Shown in pieces: positions 55,518 through 64,000 of a stretch of 64,000 nt of DNA (positions are counted from its first letter, which is position 1; the number at the start of each line of letters is the position of its first letter). The notes beneath the pieces were generated by a model. That model was not told the DNA's origin. It saw nothing but the letters and a program-made list of their open reading frames with translations, and ran no database searches. Made by a program: the position numbers and the translations under genes. This DNA comes from an uncultured candidate division Zixibacteria bacterium (GTDB taxonomy: Bacteria; Zixibacteria; MSB-5A5; GN15; FEB-12): assembly GCA_963707365.1 (NCBI GenBank), contig CAVPPI010000004.1, forward strand, positions 880,465 through 944,464. The letters are read 5' to 3'.

Positions 55518-56438
55518 GTGTCGATGTTCAGTCCTTTCGAAAAACTCAAGCGGTCGCTCTCCAAGACCAAAGATAATCTTCTGGGAAAAATCTCGCAGGT
55601 CGTTCTGCGTCGAAAAATCGACGACGACTTACTTGACGAGATTGAGGAAATCCTTATTGAAGCCGACGTTGGTGTGCCGGCCACCATGCGGCTGATTGAA
55701 AATGTAAAGCAGAGGGCTCGTGAGCAGAACCTGACCGAGGGCGAGGATGTCATCCGGCTTTTGAAAGACGAAATCAGCGAGATACTGCTGCGCAAAAGCT
55801 CTCCCCTGCCGGGGAAATCCGATGTAAAACCGGTGATATGGTTGATCGTTGGCGTCAACGGGGTGGGCAAGACCACGACTATCGGCAAACTGGCCACCAC
55901 TTTCTCGTCGGAAGGCAAGAAAGTCATAATCGCCGCCTGTGACACTTTCCGCGCCGCAGCTATCGAACAAATTGCTATCTGGGCCGAACGAAGCAATGTC
56001 GATATAATCAAATCTCAGTCGGGGTCAGACCCGGCCTCGGTTGCGTTTGACGCTGCCAGGGCAGCTGTGGCCCGTTCGGCCGACATCCTGTTGGTCGATA
56101 CCGCCGGTCGGCTGCACACCAAATCCAATCTCATGGAAGAGCTGAAGAAGATTAAGCGGGTGGTCAATAAAGCTGCCCCTGATTCTCCTGTATACAGTAA
56201 GCTTATAATCGATGGTTCCACCGGTCAGAACGCTATCTCGCAGGTAAAAGTATTCACCGACGCGGTCGGCTGTGACGGCATCATTGTCACCAAGCTCGAT
56301 GGCACCGCCAAGGGCGGTGTCATGATTGCTGTTGCGGAAGAGCTCGGTGTTCCCGTAGACTTTATTGGACTGGGCGAAGGCATAGACGACCTTCAAAAGT
56401 TCGACGCCAAACAATTTGCGGAGGCATTGTTTGTCTGA
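55518..56438 (+). CDS. ftsY: Signal recognition particle receptor FtsY
   Basis: GVNGVGKTTTIGKLA, DTAGRLH, TKLDGTAKGG and the NG-domain layout. Confidence 0.95.
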   Translation: MSMFSPFEKLKRSLSKTKDNLLGKISQVVLRRKIDDDLLDEIEEILIEADVGVPATMRLIENVKQRAREQNLTEGEDVIRLLKDEISEILLRKSSPLPGKSDVKPVIWLIVGVNGVGKTTTIGKLATTFSSEGKKVIIAACDTFRAAAIEQIAIWAERSNVDIIKSQSGSDPASVAFDAARAAVARSADILLVDTAGRLHTKSNLMEELKKIKRVVNKAAPDSPVYSKLIIDGSTGQNAISQVKVFTDAVGCDGIIVTKLDGTAKGGVMIAVAEELGVPVDFIGLGEGIDDLQKFDAKQFAEALFV

Positions 56439-56836
56439 TGGAAACATATACGGTAGAAACCCATCAGCGGGAAGAATTGATCGACGTAACTGCCCTATTG
56501 CACAGAGCGATAGAAAACGGTCAAACCGAAAACGGCATGGTCTATTGCTTTGTACCGCACACAACCGCCGGTCTCACTATTAATGAAAACGCCGACCCCG
56601 ACGTTCAAAGAGACATTCTGTACAAACTTGGCAAAGATATCCCTCAGACCGACGGTTATAATCACGGCGAGGGTAATTCCGACGCCCACATCAAGGCATC
56701 ACTCATGGGTTGTTCACTTCAAGTGCTTTTTGAGAATAAGAGACTTGTGCTCGGAACATGGCAGGGTGTCTATTTTTGCGAGTTCGATGGTCCACGTCGC
56801 CGTAAACTGATCATCAAGGTAATCTCCATTGATTAA
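56438..56836 (+). CDS. yjbQ: YjbQ/UPF0047 family protein (secondary thiamine-phosphate synthase enzyme)
   Basis: HTTAGLTINENADPDV, NSDAHIKASLMG and LGTWQGVYFCEFDGPR. Confidence 0.8.
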   Translation: METYTVETHQREELIDVTALLHRAIENGQTENGMVYCFVPHTTAGLTINENADPDVQRDILYKLGKDIPQTDGYNHGEGNSDAHIKASLMGCSLQVLFENKRLVLGTWQGVYFCEFDGPRRRKLIIKVISID

Positions 56837-57299
56837 AATCAAAATCGTCGCTGTCGGCAAGGACAAGGACCAATGGGTCACTGATGGCTGCGCCCATTTC
56901 GTCAAATTGCTCGGCCGTTGGGCCAAGGTTGAATTTGTGGTGATACCGTCTCTCAAAGGAACCGCCTCGCTATCACCATCCCTGATAAAAGCAAAAGAAG
57001 CGGAACGACTTCTCGCGGCGTTACCAACGGGGCGTATCGTGGCCCTGAGCGATTCCGGCCTGAAGATGGATACCATCGCTTTTTCCAAATGGTTGGCGAA
57101 AACAGCAGACCGTAGCGGCGGAACGATTGCATTCTTAATTGGAGGGGCATATGGATTGGACGATTCTATTCTCTCAAAAGCTGACGAGGTTGTCTCCTTG
57201 TCTTCTCTCACCTTTTCTCATCAGTTAGTACGGCTGGTCCTGCTTGAGCAACTCTATCGCGGCCTCTCCCTTATACACCACACCGATTACCATAAGTAG
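56829..57299 (+). CDS. rlmH: 23S rRNA (pseudouridine1915-N3)-methyltransferase RlmH
   Basis: IKIVAVGK, FLIGGAYGL, LSLSSLTFSHQLVRLVLLEQLYR and HTDYHK, 156 aa. The start is TTG. Confidence 0.9.
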   Translation: MIKIKIVAVGKDKDQWVTDGCAHFVKLLGRWAKVEFVVIPSLKGTASLSPSLIKAKEAERLLAALPTGRIVALSDSGLKMDTIAFSKWLAKTADRSGGTIAFLIGGAYGLDDSILSKADEVVSLSSLTFSHQLVRLVLLEQLYRGLSLIHHTDYHK

Positions 57300-57352
57300 T
57301 TAGTAGGCAAGCGCTTACGCGCAAACGGGCGAGCCGCGGTCTTCTTTGCCCA

Positions 57353-57380
57353 TTGACGCAAACCGCAATCGTGTTATATT
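57353..57380 (+). promoter_or_regulatory. Sigma70-like promoter upstream of the T9SS-cargo paralog array
   Basis: TTGACG (57353-57358), a 16-nt spacer and TATATT (57375-57380). It lies about 180 nt upstream of the first paralog start. Confidence 0.45.
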
Positions 57381-57562
57381 GGGTTTGACACACATGTATT
57401 TCCTCTCAGTCTGGTCTCCTGAGGTTTTGCACAATTGTCAAAGTCGACCGTCTATGTTACAGCGGGGAGTAGAAGCCGCACCTGAGATTACCATACAGCC
57501 CCGGCCCCTCACGATCAGCGAAACGTGGATAGAAAAGCCTGAATAACCGTCAAGGAGGGCAC

Positions 57563-59848
57563 TTGAAGTCCCTGATTTTGGTAACGTCCGCTCTCGTAGC
57601 CTTTGGCTCCGGTCTGTTTGCCCAGACGACAGGTGATTTAAGATTGCCGGTCTATCTGGAACAGGACAGCGTCTATACAGAGATAAAAATACCGTTTGTC
57701 TCCTATGGAACGGAATTGACCTGGGATGGAATGTTCCCATCATACGGAGCACTTCACCATACCTCCAAGTTCGCGGGCAGCGTATCCAGCCAGGGGATTC
57801 TGGGAGCATCGTTTTCGGACCCGCTTACAGGCGAATCGGCTCCCGGCTTTGAGTTTCCATACGGATCGGGTATAACATATCTCTGTAAGGGTGGGCTCTG
57901 GGTCGGCGGCATTATCGGCAGTGACACTCTGGTATCTGTAGCTACCAGCACGGAGATAGAGGTCTCCGATGGCCTTCCCAGTATCTATACTCTCAACGAA
58001 CTGTTCCCCACCAGCGCGTATTCATCGATGCGCTCAATTGAGCCAATTCCACCTGATACCAGCAATTGCTTCAGGGCGCACTTCGTAGACACCTTCACCC
58101 TGGGACTGCCGAACCTGAACCCGCCTACGGGAGCTCCCGATCACAGCCCCATGAATTTATCGATTGTTCAGAAATCTTATTCAAAAAACGATTATCCCTA
58201 TCGTAATCTGCTCCTGCTGGATTACACGATCACCAATATCGGCCAAACTCTCATTAAGAATGCCTATACTGGTCTATACGTTGACGGAGACGTACTGGAA
58301 TCCTATGATGACCTGGCCGGGTCGTTCCGCGACCTGAGCACGGCCTATATCTTCGATAGTGATGCCAACCTGATAAATGGCTCCTTCGGATCGTCTAACC
58401 CCACCGCAGCCATGGGTATCAGACCGGTTTTTGCCTACCCGCCGGTGACAGACACCAATTTCAACTGGTGGGGCAGCTATTTCCCGACTGATTTTGGCCC
58501 CCGGCGGCAACCAACAGAGCTTGATCCGTTCAGAGATTTCGGAAACGGACTAATCGGTACGCCGACAGGTGACGGGAATAAATACTATATCATGAGTCAC
58601 CCCGAATGGGATTACGACCAGGTGATGACAACGTTGGAACCGTATGGCGACGATGAATGGCTGGACCCGGATATCTTCGAAGCGATGGACTATGCCAACG
58701 GCAAGGACACTCGAATACTAATGTCGATAGGACCGGTCGACCTGATGCCGGATAGTTCCATTCGGGCGGTGTTCGCCCTGTTCGCCGGCGAACTGGTTCA
58801 CATCGACCCCGCGAACATCTATCGCCTGGCTGAAGGTGATTATTCCGGATATTACGACGGTCTCTTCTTTGATATCTTCAGGGCAAATGCCGAGAGAGCC
58901 AGATGGTTCGCCGAAGAAGTTCTGGATCCGACAAGACCTCCGACCGGTCTTAGGTCAACCCAAACACGCGAAAACGAAATAGCCCTGACTTGGGACCGCT
59001 GGGTTCTACCGGAGGTGCTCGGATACAATCTTTATTTTGAACAACTCGCGGGACTTCAACCATCCAACCCGGTGTACGATAAGACCGGCACCACCAGCAG
59101 TCTCAGTGAAAGCAGCATCATATTCGTACCGGCCGGTGAGAACTCCATAACCATATCAGGACTGGTGCCGGGCAATACATATGTGGCCTACATCAGCCAC
59201 GTCGGTGATTTCGGCGAGGGGCAGCCTTCCCTGCCGATAACAATTGAGATACCGGGTCTCAGCGCAGTGCCGGAGGCCGTGACGTTAGAAAGCGAATTGA
59301 TAACCTACGAGACAGGGGCATCATCGATAGAACTGTGCTGGGTTGCAAATGACACCGATGACATAGATCACTATAACGTATATAAATCACTCGAACTCTC
59401 AGGGACATCCCCCGCCCCGGACCTCTATGATTCAGTCTCTGCCGGGTCAAGATGTTACACGGATACGATTTTAGTGGACGGGGCTTATTACCGCGTAACG
59501 GCGGTATCAAAAAATGGGTTGGAGTCCGCTTTCTCAGACCCTGTAAGGTCCACAGCATTAGCCGCAAGAGCATCTAAGTTGAGGCAGAATTACCCCAATC
59601 CTTTCAATGCCAGCACAGCCATATACTACGAACTCAATAATCCCGGCCGGGTGACGCTCGAGATTTTCAACATCCTCGGTCAGTCGGTCCACAAGCTGGT
59701 CAACGAAGAGAACCAACCCGCTGGTACTTACAATGTCGTATGGGATGGAACCGACGAGCATGGACAGGTAGTATCGACCGGCATGTATTTCTACAGGCTG
59801 GTAACTGATGAGCAGATTGTATGCAAAAAGATGTTGCTGCTAAAATGA
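57563..59848 (+). CDS. Secreted T9SS-sorted protein of unknown function, paralog 1
   Basis: A TTG start is preceded by AAGGAGG, with signal peptide MKSLILVTSALVAFGSGLFAQ. The conserved core has GLWVGGIIGSDTLVS, DDLAGSFRD, TDTNFNWW, DFGPRRQ, DPFRDFGNGLIGTP, HPEWDYDQ and SIGPVDLMPDSS. FN3-like repeats follow, and the C-terminus is RQNYPNPFN...GMYFYRLV...KKMLLLK. Confidence 0.85.
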   Translation: MKSLILVTSALVAFGSGLFAQTTGDLRLPVYLEQDSVYTEIKIPFVSYGTELTWDGMFPSYGALHHTSKFAGSVSSQGILGASFSDPLTGESAPGFEFPYGSGITYLCKGGLWVGGIIGSDTLVSVATSTEIEVSDGLPSIYTLNELFPTSAYSSMRSIEPIPPDTSNCFRAHFVDTFTLGLPNLNPPTGAPDHSPMNLSIVQKSYSKNDYPYRNLLLLDYTITNIGQTLIKNAYTGLYVDGDVLESYDDLAGSFRDLSTAYIFDSDANLINGSFGSSNPTAAMGIRPVFAYPPVTDTNFNWWGSYFPTDFGPRRQPTELDPFRDFGNGLIGTPTGDGNKYYIMSHPEWDYDQVMTTLEPYGDDEWLDPDIFEAMDYANGKDTRILMSIGPVDLMPDSSIRAVFALFAGELVHIDPANIYRLAEGDYSGYYDGLFFDIFRANAERARWFAEEVLDPTRPPTGLRSTQTRENEIALTWDRWVLPEVLGYNLYFEQLAGLQPSNPVYDKTGTTSSLSESSIIFVPAGENSITISGLVPGNTYVAYISHVGDFGEGQPSLPITIEIPGLSAVPEAVTLESELITYETGASSIELCWVANDTDDIDHYNVYKSLELSGTSPAPDLYDSVSAGSRCYTDTILVDGAYYRVTAVSKNGLESAFSDPVRSTALAARASKLRQNYPNPFNASTAIYYELNNPGRVTLEIFNILGQSVHKLVNEENQPAGTYNVVWDGTDEHGQVVSTGMYFYRLVTDEQIVCKKMLLLK

Positions 59849-62800
59849 GGATATGCCTTCACCGCATTCTTATACTGGCTTTAGTGGTTGCGGGACCGGT
59901 TGTTATGCGAACCAACGGCAAGGACATGTACCCTCGGGAAACCGTCACAAGTACGGCATTGGATACGATGGTATCGGACAGTTTTATTTCTTTCAACGAC
60001 ATCAACTGGCCCACAGAGTACGCGGTGATGCAGACCAGCGCGTTCAACACATCCTTCACCTGTGTCGGTACTTTTGGTGAATGGTTTGGGCAACGTGGAT
60101 CCGGTTGGCCCGCTGACCATTTTGAAACACCGCCTAACAGCAATCTTGAATACCTGTTCATGGCTGCGATCTGGATTGGTGGCATTGTTGGTGAGGACAC
60201 CCTGGTGTCAACAGGGGTCGGCGGCTGGTTGAATTACGACCATGAGTTTCACCCGCCGCACTACCCGGATAGCGGTTCGATACGCAGTCTGAACGGTACA
60301 GGATGCTCCAGCATGCGAGCGGAGTTCTGTGACACAGCGATGGATCCAACGGCTGTTGAACTCCACGTACCGCTCGGCCTCAAGTGCAGAATCAACAGCC
60401 ATGTTTGGCGAACGGAAAAGTACAGTGACATTGTCTTGTACGACCTGGTCGTAACCAATATCCGTAACGAGACAATTCGGAGTAGCTACTTCGGTATATA
60501 TTGCGATCCCGACATCTTTGCGACGTGGACCGTCGATGGACATACCGACGATTTAGCGGGGGGTTTTAGAGACGAAGGAATCGCTTACGCTATAGACAAT
60601 GATGGTGACCTCGGGGTCAGTTACGCAAATCATCCCGAATTCGAGGGCCTTTCCAAATGTTTTGCCCTTAAGCTTGTAGCTTCCTCACACGAGTTTACTG
60701 ACACAAATTTCAACTGGTGGGTTAACAACTTCGTTACCGCCGATGACTTCGGACCACGGCAGCTCGGCACCCCGGATGATCCTTTCCGGGATTTCTCGAC
60801 GGGAGTTCTCGGTACGCCCGCCGATGATGCAGAAAGATATTACGTTCTCAGCCACCGCGAGTGGGACTACGACCAGGTTTTCACCTCAAGCATACAAGCG
60901 GATGACCCTAAATGGTGCTATCCGCCACAACCCCTGGCCGATAACCTGACCAACGGAATTGACACAAAGTTATTGTTATCATACGGACCGATCGACCTGG
61001 AGCCGGACTCGAGCCTGAGAATAATATTCGCTATGTTCACGGGTGACTCTATCCACGTTGTACCCGACAACCTTGACAATATTTTCGTAAACCTTCCCAA
61101 GTATATCTCAAATCTGGACTTTGGAGATATGCTTCTTAACAGCGGTCGCACCGGCGAGTTCGCTGACAGGATACTCAACCCATTGTTGCCGGTCACCGGC
61201 CTTAGCGTAGCTCATCAGGACCTGGACTCGGTTGTGGTCGAATGGGACCCATGGGTCTTTGACGATATCGACCACTTCCAGCACTATCTTTCAGAGGTGC
61301 CGCCGGATTCCATATACTACCCGGGACTGGTGCCACCCTGGCTTCGCCCTGCCGTCCTCACCCCTCTCATGCCACCGTCTTTGTCGCTTGATACCAGAGT
61401 GACCGTGAAAGACCTCGCTCCTGACAAGTTTTACTTCTTCAATGTCGCTCATCACGACGGCGTGCACGTTGGTGACCCGGGAGATCCTATTTTCATCTAC
61501 CAACGGCCACGGTACACGGCACCGGTTATAGATCAACTTTATGCGCTGTATTCTGTCGGGGGGTCTGCTGAGTTAAGCTGGAAAAGACCCGACATCCCCG
61601 ACCTCGATCACTATAACGTCTATCGGTTTGAAGATGAAGATGACTACGATGAACGGTTCTTCCCGTTCTACGACAGGGGCCAAAGAGCGGACGAGATAAC
61701 GCCAAAAGATACATTTTTGATCGATGACAGCACGTGTTACTATTACTATGCCATGGGACCATATGCCACAGCCGGCAGCAACGACACGACTTTTATAATC
61801 ACCGACCCTGCAGAGGGGCACCGCTATGTCGTAACCGCCGTCGACAAATACGGCTTTGAGTCCGGGTTCTCCAACTGCGTTTTCCCTCTGGAATCCTTTC
61901 CCCGAACACAAGAAGTCCTGATTGTCACCGTATCGAGGATAATGGACCCTCTATTCACGACTCGTGAATGGATCAGCTCGTTCTATCATGAAGTTCTCGA
62001 CGGCTACGATTACGATATCTACTACTATGCCGACACCATGGCGGCCCTTGAGGATTGCTGGGACCCGGAAGGCGAATGCTTTCATTGGACGGACTTGGGT
62101 CGATACAAACTGGTAATTCTGGATGAAGACTGGAGGGATGTAGCCCTTAACGTGAAATATGAAGATAGAGTCCAGCCGCTTACAAAGTACCTTCTCTCCG
62201 GAGGCAAATTGGCATTTTTCGGCAATCTTGCCGGCCTCAACATCTTCTTCTCGACTCTGAGCCCTGCCAGATATTATGAGCAGAACCACTGGTTCGTGGA
62301 GAGATTCTTTGGTATCGATTCGGTTTACTTCTATCCCTATACGTTCTATTCAAGTCAAACTACAGTCCCTTATGTTGATACGAGTTTCGGGTTTCTACAG
62401 GCCATCTCTCAGACCGCTCAATATCCCGACCTGACGTTCGATACTTTGGGCAATCCCCTCAGCAGCTTTATCCTGAAATACTGGCCGTCGAATACAGCAC
62501 CCTGTGTCTCGACCTTCCGAACCAACAACATGGGTGAAGTCACCCATTTGTTTAAATCGAGATATCCTGAGACATCGCGCCTCGAGAGTCATCCGGTTGG
62601 AGTCCACACCCTCACAGATGAAGCCGAAACGTATCTCTTTGGATTTCATCTATGGTCGATGCAGCGCGATCAGGCGAGGCTGCTTATAGACCGGATGTTT
62701 ATCGGCCCCCCCATAGACACTGGTATATCGCCGTCCCCTGAGTTGCCCCGCGACTTCAACCTGCGACAGAACTACCCTAATCCGTTTAATCCAACGACGG

Positions 62801-63030
62801 TTATCGCTTTTGATCTCCCCGCAGGCGCCGACGTGACTCTGGAAATACATAACATACTTGGGCAGAGGGTCAGGACTCTTTTGGCTGACACGCACCTGCC
62901 CGCCGGAACACACACTGTTGAATGGGACGGCAATGATGGTTCTGGCGACAAGGTCGCCTCGGGCGTTTACTTCTATTCCCTTAAGACAGACAAAAATACG
63001 GCTAACCGAAAGATGTTGCTGCTGAAATGA
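59845..63030 (+). CDS. Secreted T9SS-sorted protein of unknown function, paralog 2 (with an extra ~280-aa module)
   Basis: It has the same core motifs as paralog 1 (AIWIGGIVGEDTLVS, DDLAGGFRD, TDTNFNWW, DFGPRQ, DPFRDFSTGVLGTP, HREWDYDQ, SYGPIDLEPDSS). I prefer the ATG at 59845 (MRICLHRILILALVV, ATGA overlap with the paralog 1 stop) over the track's 59821. The T9SS tail is RQNYPNPFN...GVYFYSLK...RKMLLLK. Confidence 0.85.
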   Translation: MRICLHRILILALVVAGPVVMRTNGKDMYPRETVTSTALDTMVSDSFISFNDINWPTEYAVMQTSAFNTSFTCVGTFGEWFGQRGSGWPADHFETPPNSNLEYLFMAAIWIGGIVGEDTLVSTGVGGWLNYDHEFHPPHYPDSGSIRSLNGTGCSSMRAEFCDTAMDPTAVELHVPLGLKCRINSHVWRTEKYSDIVLYDLVVTNIRNETIRSSYFGIYCDPDIFATWTVDGHTDDLAGGFRDEGIAYAIDNDGDLGVSYANHPEFEGLSKCFALKLVASSHEFTDTNFNWWVNNFVTADDFGPRQLGTPDDPFRDFSTGVLGTPADDAERYYVLSHREWDYDQVFTSSIQADDPKWCYPPQPLADNLTNGIDTKLLLSYGPIDLEPDSSLRIIFAMFTGDSIHVVPDNLDNIFVNLPKYISNLDFGDMLLNSGRTGEFADRILNPLLPVTGLSVAHQDLDSVVVEWDPWVFDDIDHFQHYLSEVPPDSIYYPGLVPPWLRPAVLTPLMPPSLSLDTRVTVKDLAPDKFYFFNVAHHDGVHVGDPGDPIFIYQRPRYTAPVIDQLYALYSVGGSAELSWKRPDIPDLDHYNVYRFEDEDDYDERFFPFYDRGQRADEITPKDTFLIDDSTCYYYYAMGPYATAGSNDTTFIITDPAEGHRYVVTAVDKYGFESGFSNCVFPLESFPRTQEVLIVTVSRIMDPLFTTREWISSFYHEVLDGYDYDIYYYADTMAALEDCWDPEGECFHWTDLGRYKLVILDEDWRDVALNVKYEDRVQPLTKYLLSGGKLAFFGNLAGLNIFFSTLSPARYYEQNHWFVERFFGIDSVYFYPYTFYSSQTTVPYVDTSFGFLQAISQTAQYPDLTFDTLGNPLSSFILKYWPSNTAPCVSTFRTNNMGEVTHLFKSRYPETSRLESHPVGVHTLTDEAETYLFGFHLWSMQRDQARLLIDRMFIGPPIDTGISPSPELPRDFNLRQNYPNPFNPTTVIAFDLPAGADVTLEIHNILGQRVRTLLADTHLPAGTHTVEWDGNDGSGDKVASGVYFYSLKTDKNTANRKMLLLK

Positions 63031-64000
63031 ACACAAACTGTCGTCACATACTTATAATGGCGGTGGCTCTCATCATTGCTGTCACTACACAGACTCATTC
63101 GCGGGGGAAATATCCGCCCGAGAAGTCTGCAAGTGTCGTCTGGAACACGGCAGTTTCTGATACCAGCACAACAGATCCCATTGTATCATTTAATGACATT
63201 AGCTGGCCAATCTCCTGGGGGGTCCAGCAAACCGGCGCGGTGGATGCTTCATTCACCTGCTACGGTACTATTGGCGAACAGCTCTCGATGGAAGTAGAAG
63301 GCTGGCCGTATGTGTCTTTTGAGACACCGCCCGGTAGTAATTGCGAGCACCTGTGGCAAGCGGGGTTGTGGATAGGCGGAATTGTGGGCGAGGACACAGT
63401 TGTTTCAACCGGCTGGGACGGCTGGGATGCCATAGGCAGGGAGTTTCATCCGCCCGCATATCCCGATTCAGGGTCCATCCACGGTGTCGATTACGGAAAC
63501 CACCGTGTCATGCGTGCGCACTTTTTGGATACACTGATTGAATTACAGGTCGGTGACTCCATTCACACTCCGCTCGGTCTTGACTGCCGTCTCACGAGTA
63601 ATATTTGGAGAACTGAGAGATATGAGGATATCGTCCTATACGATCTTGTCATTCTGAATATCGGCGCCGCTACCGTTCGAGAGTCGTACATCGGGCTGTT
63701 TTGCGATGCTGATGTATATACGCCGAACATAGCGGGTGTGCGGCAGTATGACGATTTTACGGACGACCTGGCGGGAAGTTTTCGTGACAGAGGTATTGCC
63801 TACGTAATTGATAACGACGGCGCCTTGAACGCCAGAGATGCTGTCTTTAACGGCATGACCCGGTGTCTTGCTGTTAAACTTCTTGCTTCCTCCCATGAGT
63901 TCGCCGATACAAATTTCAACTGGTGGACTAATGACGCCTTAACCGTTGAGGACTTCGGACCGCGACAGTTGGGAAGTGCGGACGATCCATTCCGGGATTT
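63027..64000 (+). CDS. Secreted protein, paralog 3 of the same family (5' part only; runs off the window end)
   Basis: The frame is open from ATG at 63027 (ATGA overlap with the paralog 2 stop) to base 64000. It is absent from the ORF track because there is no stop. My translation, MNTNCRHILIMAVALIIAV...GLWIGGIVGEDTVVS...DDLAGSFRDRGIAYVIDNDG...ADTNFNWW...DFGPRQLGSADDPFRDF, is collinear with paralog 2. Confidence 0.8.
   Translation, partial: MNTNCRHILIMAVALIIAVTTQTHSRGKYPPEKSASVVWNTAVSDTSTTDPIVSFNDISWPISWGVQQTGAVDASFTCYGTIGEQLSMEVEGWPYVSFETPPGSNCEHLWQAGLWIGGIVGEDTVVSTGWDGWDAIGREFHPPAYPDSGSIHGVDYGNHRVMRAHFLDTLIELQVGDSIHTPLGLDCRLTSNIWRTERYEDIVLYDLVILNIGAATVRESYIGLFCDADVYTPNIAGVRQYDDFTDDLAGSFRDRGIAYVIDNDGALNARDAVFNGMTRCLAVKLLASSHEFADTNFNWWTNDALTVEDFGPRQLGSADDPFRD

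Noticed and set aside
59821-59844. The track start codon (ATG 59821) for paralog 2, which overlaps paralog 1 by 28 nt
   Set aside because: The ATG at 59845 gives a proper signal peptide and the same ATGA junction as the paralog 2/3 boundary. The upstream ATG lies inside the conserved KKMLLLK tail-coding sequence.
1-64000. A look for rRNA, tRNA, CRISPR arrays, IS elements, prophage or defence-system genes
   Set aside because: I recognised no repeat-spacer periodicity, cloverleaf-like conserved tRNA segments, transposase/integrase pairs, or nuclease/helicase/methylase clusters by eye. Small ncRNAs cannot be excluded without covariance-model searches.

Overview
This is a gene-dense 64-kb chromosomal segment, roughly 90% coding by eye, from what looks like an uncultivated diderm bacterium. 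Four secreted proteins carry or imply a T9SS-type C-terminal sorting domain (...NYPNPFN...GVYFY...KMLLLK). TamA/TamB and AsmA are also present. Together these suggest the FCB superphylum or a neighbouring candidate phylum, but that is inference and no search was possible. Most genes are housekeeping and sit in conserved syntenies. On the minus strand these are yicC-gmk-rpoZ-topA-xerC-hslV-hslU, iscS-mnmA, tamB-tamA and ECF sigma/anti-sigma/HtrA-like. On the plus strand they are dtd-maf-rodZ and smc-ftsY-yjbQ-rlmH. I recognised no rRNA, tRNA, CRISPR array, transposase or phage genes. Promoters look sigma70-like (TTGAC[A/G]-N16/17-TATATT occurs three times) and GGAGG ribosome-binding sites occur. 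The most interesting locus is 22.3-25.0 kb. There, two different radical SAM/SPASM enzymes flank a 238-bp gap that is empty in the ORF track but encodes a 49-codon peptide on the same strand. The peptide has five cysteines at strict CX3C spacing, its own GGAGG site, and a GTG start overlapping the upstream stop codon. I read this as a candidate RiPP (ranthipeptide/sactipeptide-like) cassette that I cannot assign to a named family. The second locus of interest is 57.5-64 kb, a translationally coupled tandem array of three large paralogous T9SS cargo proteins of unknown function. Other observations are listed below.
- A PAS-GAF-histidine kinase gene is split by a frameshift at a C4 homopolymer.
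- An HtrA/DegP-like PDZ protein downstream of the ECF sigma/anti-sigma pair has all three catalytic-triad residues replaced.
- A response-regulator-like protein lacks the phospho-acceptor Asp.
- A stand-alone 1405-aa protein fuses two activase modules to a dehydratase-like region.
All product calls come from motif recognition by eye, and no database search was run.
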